Source of the DNA: Sneathiella sp.
GTDB lineage: Bacteria > Pseudomonadota > Alphaproteobacteria > Sneathiellales > Sneathiellaceae
DNA: 64,000 nt
NCBI GenBank assembly: GCA_016764355.1
Contig: JAESSA010000009.1
Span: 1,524-65,523, forward strand
Reading direction: 5' to 3'
Below, piece by piece: positions 22,462 through 33,157 of the stretch (position 1 is the first letter of the stretch; every line of letters starts with the position of its first letter). The notes below the pieces were generated by a model. That model was given only the letters and a program-made list of their open reading frames with translations, ran no database searches and was not told the DNA's origin. The position numbers and the translations under genes are program-made.

Positions 22462-23215
22462 CTTGAATAAAATCGAGAACCATCTTTACCACTTCAGAAG
22501 AAGAAAATTGTTCTTCAACAAGAGAAGTACGCTCTTGCAAAGTACCTTCATCCCCAAAAAGTATTTTGTATGCTTTTCGAAGGGCATTAATTTCATCCCG
22601 TGGGAATTCGCGTCGTTTCATGCCTGTTAGATTAAGACCGGCAAGATTGGCTCTATTACCTGTTGCTGAACCAAATGGTATAATATCGGTCTCAACACCG
22701 GAAGCGCCACCAATCATAGCATGCGCACCGATACGAACAAATTGATGAACCGCCGACAGGCCGCCGATAATAGCAAAATCGTCAATTATCACATGACCGC
22801 CGAGGGTGGCATTCTTTACTAAAATCACGTTATTGCCCAAGATACAATCATGGGCAATATGGGCTGCAACCATTATCAAACAGTTATCGCCGATTTGAGT
22901 GATTGATCCACCACCTTCGGTCCCAGGATTAATTGTGACATGCTCTCTGATAACACAATTGCCGCCAATTATGACTTCGCTTTTCTCACCATGAAATTTC
23001 AGGTCCTGCGGTGCATGTCCAATGGATGCGAAGGGATAAAGGGTACATCCTTCACCAATGGTCGTTTTGCCCGCCACAGCCACATGGGACTTCAGAACAG
23101 TGCCAGCGTGAATAGTAACGTCTTTATCGATCACACAAAAAGGACCAATTTCTGCGGTTTCGTGTATGACCGCACCGGATTGAATTACGGCGCTTGGGTG
23201 AATGTTACTCATCAA
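22424..23215 (-). CDS. lpxA: UDP-N-acetylglucosamine O-acyltransferase
   Basis: Hexapeptide repeats; PQDLKF, HIAHDC and VHQFVRIG motifs. Confidence 0.98.
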   Translation of the reverse strand: MMSNIHPSAVIQSGAVIHETAEIGPFCVIDKDVTIHAGTVLKSHVAVAGKTTIGEGCTLYPFASIGHAPQDLKFHGEKSEVIIGGNCVIREHVTINPGTEGGGSITQIGDNCLIMVAAHIAHDCILGNNVILVKNATLGGHVIIDDFAIIGGLSAVHQFVRIGAHAMIGGASGVETDIIPFGSATGNRANLAGLNLTGMKRREFPRDEINALRKAYKILFGDEGTLQERTSLVEEQFSSSEVVKMVLDFIQGESGRGICQPKK

Positions 23216-23312
23216 TAACCAACATTTTTATGAACAAATTATACATATTGCTATCAATCAACGTAACAAGTAGCAAATCAAGCTTTGTTACAACTGATTT
23301 CGAAGGATAAGG

Positions 23313-23783
23313 CTACTTACCGTTGCTAACCATTGCAGCAAATTTCGCTTCAGCTACTTTTTTTCCATCAACTTCTACTATTCCTGAGAATTTCCAGAAG
23401 GGTCCTCGGTTCTGCGTCTTTGTAATTTTCATATGAAGAACGTCACCGGGTCTTACAGGTTTGCGAAACTTTGCATTTTCAATGGACGTGAAAAGAACCT
23501 GCATCCCCGCAGTATCGCCGTCCGTAGAACGGACTACAAGCACGCCAGCAGTCTGCGCCATCGCTTCAACAATAAGCACCCCGGGCATAATGGGGTTATC
23601 AGGAAAGTGGCCCTGAAAATGCGGCTCATTCATGGTCACGTTTTTAATGCCGGTTGCACTTACGCCAAGAACAATGTCCTTTACCCGATCAACAAGCAAC
23701 AAAGGATATCTATGCGGCAGCATTTTCAAGATATCCTGAATATCTAACGTCTCTACAGTTGTGTTGTCGTTATGATCGCTCAT
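23313..23783 (-). CDS. fabZ: 3-hydroxyacyl-ACP dehydratase
   Basis: [12 protein letters not shown] and [20 protein letters not shown] motifs. Confidence 0.98.
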   Translation of the reverse strand: MSDHNDNTTVETLDIQDILKMLPHRYPLLLVDRVKDIVLGVSATGIKNVTMNEPHFQGHFPDNPIMPGVLIVEAMAQTAGVLVVRSTDGDTAGMQVLFTSIENAKFRKPVRPGDVLHMKITKTQNRGPFWKFSGIVEVDGKKVAEAKFAAMVSNGK

Positions 23784-24808
23784 TTTCCTCGCCTCTTACT
23801 TTTCGCTAACCTGTTTAAGGTTGCGACACCTTTAAAGAATTCTTTTTTAGGTCTTGCTGGAAAGCCAATATAAATTGCACCAGATGGTACACTTGAGAGT
23901 ACACCAGCTTGGCCTCCAATTTGCGCCCCCATACCTATAGTTATATGGCCTGACACCCCCGCTTGACCGCCTACGACCACGTAATCTTCTAGCACAGCAC
24001 TACCAGCAATACCCGACTGCGAAGCCATAATACATCCGCGTCCCATTTTTACGTTATGTGCTATTTGACACAGATTATCAATCCAGCAGCCATCCCCAAT
24101 AATTGTATCTGGCCCGGCACCCCGATCTACTACAGTATTCCCACCAATTTCAACATTTGATCCGATTAAGACTCGGCCAAGCTGAGGGATTTTTATGTGT
24201 CCCGACGGGTCAGGCGCAAAACCAAACCCATCTTCACCAATTTTAACGCCTGAATAAAGGGTCACATGATCCCCAATGTGACTATATCTTACAGAAACGT
24301 GTGCTCTGATTAGGCAATCTGTACCAATTTTGACATTCTCACCGAAAAAACAATGAGTTCCAACTTGCGTATTATCGCCGATCACAACACCGTTCTCGAT
24401 AACAGTATAGGCCCCGATTGATACGCCGTCGCCTATTTTAGCATCCTTGGAAATGATAGCAGTAGGATGAATCTCACCCGTCGATTTTTGGTTCGGGTAA
24501 AAGTATGCAGATATTATGGCGTAGGCTTTATAAGGGTCCTTCACCACCAATAGAGACATTCCCTTTGGCGCATGATCTGCAAATTCAGAAGAGACGATAC
24601 AAGCACCGGCCTTGGACTGTATGAAAGGTTCAATATATTTTCTATTGCTTAGAAAACTGATATCCCTGTCCCCTGCTTTATCAAGGGATCCAACGTCACT
24701 GATTTCAACATTTGGATTTTTGGCATTCACAATCTCAGCGTCAACAATTTCAGCCAGATGCGATAAAAGAAATGGGCCACTTCTTTTATAAAAATCGAGA
24801 TCAGCCAT
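23780..24808 (-). CDS. lpxD: UDP-3-O-acylglucosamine N-acyltransferase
   Basis: Hexapeptide repeats; [13 protein letters not shown] and [11 protein letters not shown] motifs. Confidence 0.97.
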   Translation of the reverse strand: MADLDFYKRSGPFLLSHLAEIVDAEIVNAKNPNVEISDVGSLDKAGDRDISFLSNRKYIEPFIQSKAGACIVSSEFADHAPKGMSLLVVKDPYKAYAIISAYFYPNQKSTGEIHPTAIISKDAKIGDGVSIGAYTVIENGVVIGDNTQVGTHCFFGENVKIGTDCLIRAHVSVRYSHIGDHVTLYSGVKIGEDGFGFAPDPSGHIKIPQLGRVLIGSNVEIGGNTVVDRGAGPDTIIGDGCWIDNLCQIAHNVKMGRGCIMASQSGIAGSAVLEDYVVVGGQAGVSGHITIGMGAQIGGQAGVLSSVPSGAIYIGFPARPKKEFFKGVATLNRLAKSKRRGK

Positions 24809-24811
24809 TCT

Positions 24812-25381
24812 TTATCTCGTCATAGGAACTAGGGTAACAGGGACATCTTTTAGAGTTGCATTCAGCTCAGATATGACCTGTTGAGTTATCTCTAAACTCT
24901 TTTCACCAAATAAGATTTGTTTCTTTTCGATAATCATTGTCGCACCAACGGACTTAGCAATTTTAGAGACAATAGGTTCCATTTTCTTTTCGATCTTATT
25001 GACAGCAGCTGATCGGCTAAGTGCAATTTGTTTTAACATTGACTGCATTTTTTTGCGAAATTCGCTGGCTTTAGCATTAAAAGCCTTTTTCTTTTGGTCG
25101 AATATGGCTGGAGACAAAATAACCCGTTGCTGGGTGAGTTCCTCTTGCTCTTGCTTGAGGCGGTTTTTCCCCTCAACCCCCTCTGCCCGCAATTTCTGCT
25201 CCATTTCTTTTACTTGCAAATTCACACTTTTCATAGCAAGTGAGTCTGCAAGGACTTTCCCAAGATCAAGCAACGCAACAGTCTGTGACGATTGTGCTGA
25301 CGCAAGCTGCAAGGACACCGTCATCAAAAGAAAGACTGCTAAGAATACAGTTTGAGTTTTTTTACCCATATTAAACAGCAT
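24812..25381 (-). CDS. skp: OmpH/Skp periplasmic chaperone
   Basis: Signal peptide, coiled-coil body, C-terminal EITQQVISELN. Lies between bamA and lpxD. Start set at the ATG just after the bamA stop. Confidence 0.88.
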   Translation of the reverse strand: MLFNMGKKTQTVFLAVFLLMTVSLQLASAQSSQTVALLDLGKVLADSLAMKSVNLQVKEMEQKLRAEGVEGKNRLKQEQEELTQQRVILSPAIFDQKKKAFNAKASEFRKKMQSMLKQIALSRSAAVNKIEKKMEPIVSKIAKSVGATMIIEKKQILFGEKSLEITQQVISELNATLKDVPVTLVPMTR

Positions 25382-25382
25382 G

Positions 25383-27704
25383 CTAGAACCGGGTACCAAA
25401 TTCAAACTGGAAATTTTCTTCCTTGTCATAATCTTCCTTCAATAAAGGGAATGAAAGATTTACCTGCAGTGGCCCAAAGGGTGAAACCCAGTTTATACCA
25501 AAACCAGCAACACTGCGAATAGAAGCATCATCAACTATATTTGAATCGGTGTCGTCAATGCCAGTAAGTGTTCCTGCATGAACAAATGTTCTGCCGTGCA
25601 AGCCAAATTCGTCGGGGAAACCCAATGGAAAACGAACTTCTGCTTTACCAACAACATAGGCATTTCCGCCCAATGCATCGCTCGTTACACTATCCCGAGG
25701 TCCAATACCTGATTTCTCGAACCCGCGAAACGAGGCACCGCCCCCCAGATTATATCGTTGAGCAAGAACAGCATCTTCTCCAAGGCCTACCAAATAGCCT
25801 GCATTCGCACCGAGACTTAAGACAACGTCATCACCATACACTGGAAAAAAGTGGATATACTCAGCCAGGTTAGACAGAGAGTGAATATCCCCTCCGAACC
25901 CGGAAACTGTTTGGCCAAAGGTATATTTATTACCCTCTGTCGGTAAAATGTTGTCATCTAGATAGTTAAAGGTAATAGAATACCCGATAGAAGAAGTTAG
26001 AAACTCGCCTGCTGATTTTTTGATAGTGGTAGAAGCATCATCATCCACATCACTAATTTTCTCGTTTATGAGAGAATATTTTAACTTGGCGCTGATATGT
26101 TCTTTGACGGGGAAACCCGTCCGTAATACCACGCCGGTACGTTCCAAATCATACCCACTCTCATCCTGAAGATCTTTTTGGATATTGAAAAGGTCGAAAC
26201 CAGCCCGTAAGTCTTTACCGAGGAAATAAGGCTCGGTAAATCCAAGGTCAACTTGTTGATTTTCTGAACCAAGGGATACGCTAAATCGTAGAGTTTGACC
26301 GCGTCCCAACAAGTTTCTCTCACTGATAGTCAAATCGGCAGAAACAGATTCTGAGGTTGAAAAGCCTGCACCAACACTCAATTCACCCGTAGATTTTTCC
26401 TGAACATCAACATTAATGACAGTTTTATCCGGTGACGATCCTTCATCCTGCGTTATTTCCACTTTTTCAAAGAAATTCAGTGTACGAATTCTAGATTTAG
26501 AACGTCTAAGCAAGGCAGTATTAAAAGCATCCCCTTCAGCCAGCCTGAATTCGCGGCGGATAACATGATCAAGGGTGCGAACATTCCCTGTAATATTTAT
26601 CCGCTCTACATAAACTCGTGGGCCTTTATTGATTTGGTAGGTAATGCTGATCGTTAAATTTTCTTTATCACGGGTGATTTTGGGTCGGATTCTGATAAAG
26701 GCGTAACCTAGTTTTCCAAGCTCGAAAGTAATGGCTTGAATACTGTCCTCAATAGTATCCGCGTTATAAGTCTCTCCTTCAAAAGTTTTCAGGAGCCCGC
26801 GAATAGCTTCAGGCTGCAAATCTTTGATTTCACTGGTAACGTCGATTTTCCCGAAGGAATACTTTTTCCCTTCATCCAAGGCAAAAGTGATGAAAAAGCC
26901 ATCTCTGTCCGGTGTTAGTTCAGCAATAGCAGACACGACACGGAAATCGGCGTAACCTTTGCTCAGATAGTATTTCCGAAGTAATTCCCGATCATAAGTA
27001 AGTCGGTCTGGATCATAGGTGTCGCTATCTGAAAGGAAATTATACCAGCGTGTTTCATCTGTAGAAATTTGACTTAACAATCGTTTGTCTGGAAAAATCT
27101 TGTTCCCAACAAAGCGTATTTTCTTGATACCTGTTTCTTCGCCCTCATTAATCTCAAAAATAAGATCAACACGATTTTCAGGCAACTGAATGACTTTTGG
27201 CTCAACTACAGCTGCAAATCTACCGCTACGGCGATAAACGGTTATAATTCTTTGGACATCATTCTGTACGCGTGCGCGGGTGTACACGACCCTCGGACGA
27301 AGCTGAACTTCCAAACTTAGGATGTCATCCTCGATGCGACGGTTTCCCTCAAAGGCCAAGCGGTTGATAATCGGGTTTTCTACCACATTCACAACAACCG
27401 AGCCGCCTTCACGACGAATGGTTACGTCAGCAAATAATCCAGTATTGAATAGTGCTTTCAGAGACTTATCAACGCGAGAACGATTATAAGGAGAGCCTTG
27501 AGAGAACAGAAGGTAAGATTTCACAGTGGCGCTTTCAATACGCCGATTACCATCTACACGGATGTCTGTAATAGTTCCCGCACTTTGAGCATAAGCAAAA
27601 TTGCGATCAACGATATCAATATTCAGTATTGCTATTGATACCAAACAGACGAATAAAAGAACGCGCAAAATTCCACCCCCCAAGCGGATACTGGACTTGA
27701 CCAA
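25383..27704 (-). CDS. bamA: Outer membrane protein assembly factor BamA
   Basis: POTRA repeats, FRGF loop motif, WVSPFGPL, terminal F. Confidence 0.98.
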   Translation of the reverse strand: MVKSSIRLGGGILRVLLFVCLVSIAILNIDIVDRNFAYAQSAGTITDIRVDGNRRIESATVKSYLLFSQGSPYNRSRVDKSLKALFNTGLFADVTIRREGGSVVVNVVENPIINRLAFEGNRRIEDDILSLEVQLRPRVVYTRARVQNDVQRIITVYRRSGRFAAVVEPKVIQLPENRVDLIFEINEGEETGIKKIRFVGNKIFPDKRLLSQISTDETRWYNFLSDSDTYDPDRLTYDRELLRKYYLSKGYADFRVVSAIAELTPDRDGFFITFALDEGKKYSFGKIDVTSEIKDLQPEAIRGLLKTFEGETYNADTIEDSIQAITFELGKLGYAFIRIRPKITRDKENLTISITYQINKGPRVYVERINITGNVRTLDHVIRREFRLAEGDAFNTALLRRSKSRIRTLNFFEKVEITQDEGSSPDKTVINVDVQEKSTGELSVGAGFSTSESVSADLTISERNLLGRGQTLRFSVSLGSENQQVDLGFTEPYFLGKDLRAGFDLFNIQKDLQDESGYDLERTGVVLRTGFPVKEHISAKLKYSLINEKISDVDDDASTTIKKSAGEFLTSSIGYSITFNYLDDNILPTEGNKYTFGQTVSGFGGDIHSLSNLAEYIHFFPVYGDDVVLSLGANAGYLVGLGEDAVLAQRYNLGGGASFRGFEKSGIGPRDSVTSDALGGNAYVVGKAEVRFPLGFPDEFGLHGRTFVHAGTLTGIDDTDSNIVDDASIRSVAGFGINWVSPFGPLQVNLSFPLLKEDYDKEENFQFEFGTRF

Positions 27705-27731
27705 AGTCGTGCTTCAACCAAAATAAAATTA

Positions 27732-28883
27732 TCAAGAAAACAACCCAGAAAAGAAATCTGTTATCCAAGGTTTGTTCAAGTCATTCCAAGTGGCAAATAT
27801 CATTAACATTAGTACGAGAGTTAGTCCAATACGGAAACCGTATTCCATGTATTTTTCGCCAAGGGGCTTTCCCTTAATTGCCTCAAATACATAAAATAAT
27901 AAATGTCCACCATCCAACATAGGGATTGGAAACAAATTAATAAGGCCAAGACTGATAGACACAAAGATCATGAAGTTGAACAAAGAGAGTAAATTACTCG
28001 ATAAATCTTCACCCCGTTTTGCCGCATCCCCCGACATTTTAAGAATGCCAAGAGGGCCGCTTAATTCTTTGCTGTCGCGAGCCCCAGTGATCATCTGCCC
28101 CGCACCTTTAAGCGTTGCAGTAGTAATGAACCAAGTCTGGTCCAATGCACTAGTAAAAGCACTTAGCAGGCCATGTTCTTTAAAGGCTCGTTTGTCTGAT
28201 TTAATGCCAAGTTGACCAATTTTCTGAACATTCCCATTTCCATCTGAATATTCAACGATTTTTGGCGTAATTGTAATATCCAGATTGGAGCCATCTCGAT
28301 CGACAACCAGATCAATAGGCTCGTCCAGACCAATTAGAACGATCTGACGCAATTCTTCGAAACTATCGATGTCACCGCCATTTATAGCGACAATACGGTC
28401 GCCCGCTTTTAGACCGGCTTCAAGTGCTGCGCTTTCCGCAACGACTTCACTGACGACTGGCGGCGTATGGGCCTGTCCCAAGGTAAAAAACAGAATAGAG
28501 AGTGCAACAATGGCAAATAAATAGTTTGCAGCAGGCCCGGCGACCACGACTGCGGAGCGCTTCCACAATGCTTTATGGTGAAAGGAAACAGCTTTATCTT
28601 CGTCTGAAAGGTCAGGGCTATTGGTGTCTGGGTTACTGGCAACCCCTGCATCTCCAAAAAACTTAACGTAACCACCAAATGGAATAGCACTGATTTTCCA
28701 ACGACATCCGTTTTTATCGTACCAACCAAATAGTTCTTTGCCAAAACCAATAGAAAAGACATCCACCTTCACACCGCATAATCTTGCAATTTTGTAGTGC
28801 CCATACTCATGAACAAAAACAAGTACAGTAATCACTGCGACAAAAGCTGGCACATAAATCCAGTTTTCGGTCAAAAGCTCCAT
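27732..28883 (-). CDS. rseP: RIP metalloprotease RseP
   Basis: HEYGH, PDZ domain and NLFPIPMLDGG. Confidence 0.97.
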   Translation of the reverse strand: MELLTENWIYVPAFVAVITVLVFVHEYGHYKIARLCGVKVDVFSIGFGKELFGWYDKNGCRWKISAIPFGGYVKFFGDAGVASNPDTNSPDLSDEDKAVSFHHKALWKRSAVVVAGPAANYLFAIVALSILFFTLGQAHTPPVVSEVVAESAALEAGLKAGDRIVAINGGDIDSFEELRQIVLIGLDEPIDLVVDRDGSNLDITITPKIVEYSDGNGNVQKIGQLGIKSDKRAFKEHGLLSAFTSALDQTWFITTATLKGAGQMITGARDSKELSGPLGILKMSGDAAKRGEDLSSNLLSLFNFMIFVSISLGLINLFPIPMLDGGHLLFYVFEAIKGKPLGEKYMEYGFRIGLTLVLMLMIFATWNDLNKPWITDFFSGLFS

Positions 28884-28906
28884 CTTCTATTCCACTATCA
28901 TATAAT

Positions 28907-30127
28907 TTAGGCGCATTTATTACGCAAAATATTGGAGGCAATTTCTCGCCCATTCCGATCTTCAACATATATATCGGAAATGTCTGAAAATTCTACGAAT
29001 TTAGCACAATTTAACGTCTCTTCAACAATACTAACAATATCAAGGAAACCTATTTGCCCTTTTAAAAACCCACCAACCGCAACTTCATTTGCTGCATTTA
29101 GGATTGTCGGGGCTGATTTACCAGTGTTAAGGGCAAATTTAGCCAACTTTAAGGCAGGAAACTGCGATGTGTCAGGCTCCATAAATGTCAGGGCAGACAT
29201 TTCCCCAAAATCTAGACGGTTTGCTTTGAATTTATGGCGATTTGGCCATCCAAGTGCATAAGAAATGGGGGTTCGCATGTCAGGTGCCCCCATTTGAGCC
29301 AATATGGAGCCATCCCCATATTCCACCATGCTATGAATAATAGACTGAGGATGAATGATAATATCGACATCATCATTTCCTACTGGAAACAAATGCACGG
29401 CTTCAATAAGCTCTAGCCCCTTGTTCATCATCGTTGCTGAATCAACAGAGATTTTGGCACCCATATCCCAGTTTGGATGAGCCAGAGTTTGTGCCAACGT
29501 TACATTTCGCATCTCTTCATAGGACAATTTCAGAAATGGTCCACCTGATGCAGTCAAAATAATACGTTCGACTTTATCCATTTGTTCCAGATCAAGAACC
29601 TGAAATATGGCGTTATGCTCGCTATCAACGGGAAGAAGTGTTGCGCCGAATTTCTCAACATTTTGGAGCATCATATCGCCCGCACAGACGAGAGCTTCTT
29701 TATTCGCGAGGGCAACCACTGAGCCCGTTTGAATTGCCGCCAAAGTAGGCGCAAGACCAGCAGCCCCCACGATCGCAGACATAACCCAGTCCACAGGCTC
29801 GGATGCCGCTTCAATCAGTGCATCTGCCCCGGCCGCCGCTTCGACCCCAGTTCCAGACAAGCAGTCCTTCAGTTCTTCATACAAATCTGTCGTGGCAATA
29901 ACGGCTTTTCGAGCTTTCAGGCTAATTGCCTGTTCCGCAAGTTTTTTTACGTTACGATTTGCCGTTAAAACCTCAATCTGAAAATTCTCTGGTCGCTCAT
30001 TAATAAGGCTGATCGTGCTGCAGCCAACAGACCCCGTCGCCCCAAATATACTTACTTTTTTGGGTGCAGTAGCCTGTATCGGCTCTTTACTTTTTGTTTG
30101 AGCCACACTACCCATTTTATATTCCAA
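28907..30127 (-). CDS. dxr: 1-deoxy-D-xylulose-5-phosphate reductoisomerase
   Basis: GATGSVG, LANKE, PVDSEH, HPNWDMG and NKGLE motifs. Start may be the ATG at 30115. Confidence 0.98.
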   Translation of the reverse strand: MEYKMGSVAQTKSKEPIQATAPKKVSIFGATGSVGCSTISLINERPENFQIEVLTANRNVKKLAEQAISLKARKAVIATTDLYEELKDCLSGTGVEAAAGADALIEAASEPVDWVMSAIVGAAGLAPTLAAIQTGSVVALANKEALVCAGDMMLQNVEKFGATLLPVDSEHNAIFQVLDLEQMDKVERIILTASGGPFLKLSYEEMRNVTLAQTLAHPNWDMGAKISVDSATMMNKGLELIEAVHLFPVGNDDVDIIIHPQSIIHSMVEYGDGSILAQMGAPDMRTPISYALGWPNRHKFKANRLDFGEMSALTFMEPDTSQFPALKLAKFALNTGKSAPTILNAANEVAVGGFLKGQIGFLDIVSIVEETLNCAKFVEFSDISDIYVEDRNGREIASNILRNKCA

Positions 30128-30926
30128 TCAGTGCATTCATAAAATATAGGGCAGGAGCAACAAATAAGACACCGTCTAGTCGATCTAAAACGCCACCATG
30201 TCCAGGAATAATATTACTTGCATCCTTTACCTTGAAATATCGTTTCCATCCGGATTCTGCAAAATCACCTATTTGGGCCAATACAGCAAGCAAGGCACCT
30301 GCAACACAGGCAACAATCACGGATAAGTCGGTTTGCATAAGATATTGTGTCGAAAGTACCGCAACCAAGGCCGCACATATCATGCCACCGATAAGGCCAG
30401 CCCATGTTTTGTTTGGGCTGATAAAGGGCGCAATTTTTGGCCCGCCAATTGATCGCCCCGCAAAATAGGCCCCGGTATCCGTGGCCCAAACAACGAAGAA
30501 AAGGCTCACCGTTAAAGCAAATCCGTCATTTTCATTAGCACGAAGCGCCATTAAACTTAAAACTGGAACACCAATGTATAGAGGCCCAAGAAAGGCCCCT
30601 TTCCATTCCTTCGGGCCAGAGCGAAACCAGGTAAGCAAAAGAACGCAAGCTGCACCAATCAACAAGACCGAAAACGCACCACTCATTTGCCCTGTGTAAG
30701 CCAGATAGATAGAGACGAAAACGACAAATCCAGTCAACCCCATAAAGGCAGGAATATTGTTGATAAAGGATGTTTTGCACCATTCGAAACACATTGCAGA
30801 CGCCGCAATGATCAGAAAAACTGTAAAATACGGGCCACCCAAATAGAGAGCCGCGACGGCAACAGGTGCAAGGACGGATGCAGATAAAACACGAAGCTGC
30901 AGGGATGACAAATTTTTATTAGACAC
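30117..30926 (-). CDS. cdsA: Phosphatidate cytidylyltransferase
   Basis: SPNKTWAG and KDASNIIPGHGGVLDRLD motifs. Probable GTG start at 30926 overlapping the uppS stop. Confidence 0.96.
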   Translation of the reverse strand: MSNKNLSSLQLRVLSASVLAPVAVAALYLGGPYFTVFLIIAASAMCFEWCKTSFINNIPAFMGLTGFVVFVSIYLAYTGQMSGAFSVLLIGAACVLLLTWFRSGPKEWKGAFLGPLYIGVPVLSLMALRANENDGFALTVSLFFVVWATDTGAYFAGRSIGGPKIAPFISPNKTWAGLIGGMICAALVAVLSTQYLMQTDLSVIVACVAGALLAVLAQIGDFAESGWKRYFKVKDASNIIPGHGGVLDRLDGVLFVAPALYFMNALIGI

Positions 30927-31653
30927 TAACCGCCCCGTACCTTCTACATCGATTACAATATTCATCTACTGCTTGCTGCAAATCTTCTTTTTTGAAATCC
31001 GGCCATAGGACGTCCATAAAAACAAGTTCAGAATAAGCACTTTGCCAAAGGAGAAAATTACTAAGACGTTTCTCCCCACTGGTCCTGATCAACAAATCTG
31101 GATCAGGGATACCCGCTGTATCTAAAGAGGAGGCGAATTCTTCCTCACTAATATCATCGAGATTGAGCTCGCCAGTTTTAACTTTTTCAGCCAACCGTCT
31201 TGCCGCATTCACTATTTCTTCTTGCCCGCCATAACTCAAGGCAATTGTCAAAACCAATTTAGAATTAGACTTGGTTAAATCAACTGAATATTCAACTAAA
31301 ATCTGAACATCATCAGGTAACTTATTGATATTGCCAATAAAATTAATGCGCACACCAGCAGAATTAAGCTCATTCATCTCGCGTTTTATAAAAAATCGAA
31401 AAAGCCCCATGAGGTGATTAACCTCTTCTTCGGGACGTTTCCAATTTTCAGATGAAAAAGCGAATAAGGTCAAATAAGGGATTTCAAGCTCAACACAACC
31501 TTTTACAGCTTCGCGTACAGCTTTCGCCCCATGCTCATGACCCTTCAAACGGCTCAAGGAACGGCGCGTCGCCCACCTGCCATTACCATCCATAATAATG
31601 GCAACATGCTCAGGTATTTGCGGTAGCAATGTCTTCGACTGAATAATCCCCAT
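30919..31653 (-). CDS. uppS: Undecaprenyl diphosphate synthase
   Basis: IIMDGNGRWA, FSSENWKR and IRTSGEKRLSNFLLWQ motifs. Confidence 0.98.
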   Translation of the reverse strand: MGIIQSKTLLPQIPEHVAIIMDGNGRWATRRSLSRLKGHEHGAKAVREAVKGCVELEIPYLTLFAFSSENWKRPEEEVNHLMGLFRFFIKREMNELNSAGVRINFIGNINKLPDDVQILVEYSVDLTKSNSKLVLTIALSYGGQEEIVNAARRLAEKVKTGELNLDDISEEEFASSLDTAGIPDPDLLIRTSGEKRLSNFLLWQSAYSELVFMDVLWPDFKKEDLQQAVDEYCNRCRRYGAVSV

Positions 31654-31656
31654 AAG

Positions 31657-32214
31657 TCAGACCTGCATGATTTCCTTTTGCTTACTAGACAGCATTTCTT
31701 CTACTTTTTTAACATATATGTCTGTCAGTTTCTGAATTTCGTCTTCAGCTTGCTTAACACCATCTTTGGACAGATCACCGTCTTTTTCAGCAGCCTTGGC
31801 ATCGTCATTTCCATGACGGCGAACATTTCGAATTGCAACTTTCGCTTGCTCTGTATAGTTGCTTGCAACTTTTGTAAGCTCCACGCGGCGCTCTTCAGTT
31901 AATTCAGGAACGGGGACACGAACTGTCATGCCATCGACAATTGGGTTCAGGCCAAGCCCCGCATTGCGAATAGCTTTTTCAACAGCGGACACGTTTGTTT
32001 TGTCCCAAACGAGAACACTCAGCATTCTTGATTCTGGTGTACTTACCGTGCCGACTTGCGTCAATGGCATGTCTGCACCATAGGAAGTTACCGTTACAGT
32101 TTCCAGCAAACTAACGTGCGCACGCCCCGTTCTAAGACCTGTAAATTCCTGTTTTAATGCATCAGTGGCGCCATTCATGCGCTTCTCAAGATCCTTTAAA
32201 TCTGGACCAGCCAT
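31657..32214 (-). CDS. frr: Ribosome recycling factor
   Basis: GLRTGRA, PELTEERR and AIRNVRR motifs. Confidence 0.98.
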   Translation of the reverse strand: MAGPDLKDLEKRMNGATDALKQEFTGLRTGRAHVSLLETVTVTSYGADMPLTQVGTVSTPESRMLSVLVWDKTNVSAVEKAIRNAGLGLNPIVDGMTVRVPVPELTEERRVELTKVASNYTEQAKVAIRNVRRHGNDDAKAAEKDGDLSKDGVKQAEDEIQKLTDIYVKKVEEMLSSKQKEIMQV

Positions 32215-32287
32215 CTCAATCTCCCGTTTTCTCAGTTATTTCTGAGCTGAATTAACACGTTTATATCTGTATACACTGTTTTTAGAA

Positions 32288-33004
32288 TTAGACCACTTCT
32301 GTGAAGCAACCTTCTTTTCTCAAGACCCGAGCAAAGGATCCTTCTTCTTGAATTGAGAAGACCAAAATTGGAATATTATTTTCACGCGCCAACGAAATGG
32401 CTGCAGCATCCATAACTTTAAGGTCATTCGCAATAACATCAAGGTGAGATAATGTCTCAAACCGCTTTGCATCATCAAATTTCCGTGGATCTTTATCATA
32501 GACACCGTCTACATTTGTCCCCTTCAACAATGCATTACATTTCATCTCTGCTGCCCGTAAAGCCGCAGCCGTATCTGTTGTAAAGAAAGGATTGCCTGTG
32601 CCTGCTGCAAAAATCACAACGCGACCTCTTTCAAGGTGGCGCTCTGCACGACGGCGAATATAGGGCTCACATACTGTTGCCATTGGGATCGCTGACAGGA
32701 CGCGACTGTCCATGCCCTCTTTCTCAATAGCGTGTTGCAAGGCAAGGGCATTCATGACAGTTGCCATCATTCCCATATAGTCTGCATTCGCCTGATCCAT
32801 GCCTTGGGCCGTACCCGACACGCCACGGAAGATATTTCCGCCGCCGACAACAACGCAAACTTCAACGCCCATGTCTCGGGCCTCTTTAATATCTCTGGCA
32901 ATACGGGTCGCCGTTTCAACGTCGATACCATACTCTTGTTTACCAAGGAGTGCCTCACCAGAACATTTTAGAAGGACACGTTTATATATTGGATTTTGCG
33001 GCAT
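32288..33004 (-). CDS. pyrH: UMP kinase
   Basis: [17 protein letters not shown] and [10 protein letters not shown] motifs. Confidence 0.98.
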   Translation of the reverse strand: MPQNPIYKRVLLKCSGEALLGKQEYGIDVETATRIARDIKEARDMGVEVCVVVGGGNIFRGVSGTAQGMDQANADYMGMMATVMNALALQHAIEKEGMDSRVLSAIPMATVCEPYIRRRAERHLERGRVVIFAAGTGNPFFTTDTAAALRAAEMKCNALLKGTNVDGVYDKDPRKFDDAKRFETLSHLDVIANDLKVMDAAAISLARENNIPILVFSIQEEGSFARVLRKEGCFTEVV

Positions 33005-33100
33005 TTAATTCCCCGATCTAAAATGTTCTTAACTGACTCAAATATCGGGAAAACAGCATACAGGAATAGTTAAATTTTGAAAGCGATCCTGTCATCCCAT

Positions 33101-33135
33101 AAAAATATGGCGGCCTCGTGACCGAGACCGCCATA
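33101..33135 (-). terminator. Intrinsic terminator after tsf
   Basis: Minus-strand RNA UAUGGCGGUCUCG-GUCA-CGAGGCCGCCAUA followed by a U tract. Confidence 0.85.
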
Positions 33136-33157
33136 CTCATTCAATTTTTTTGTGCGC

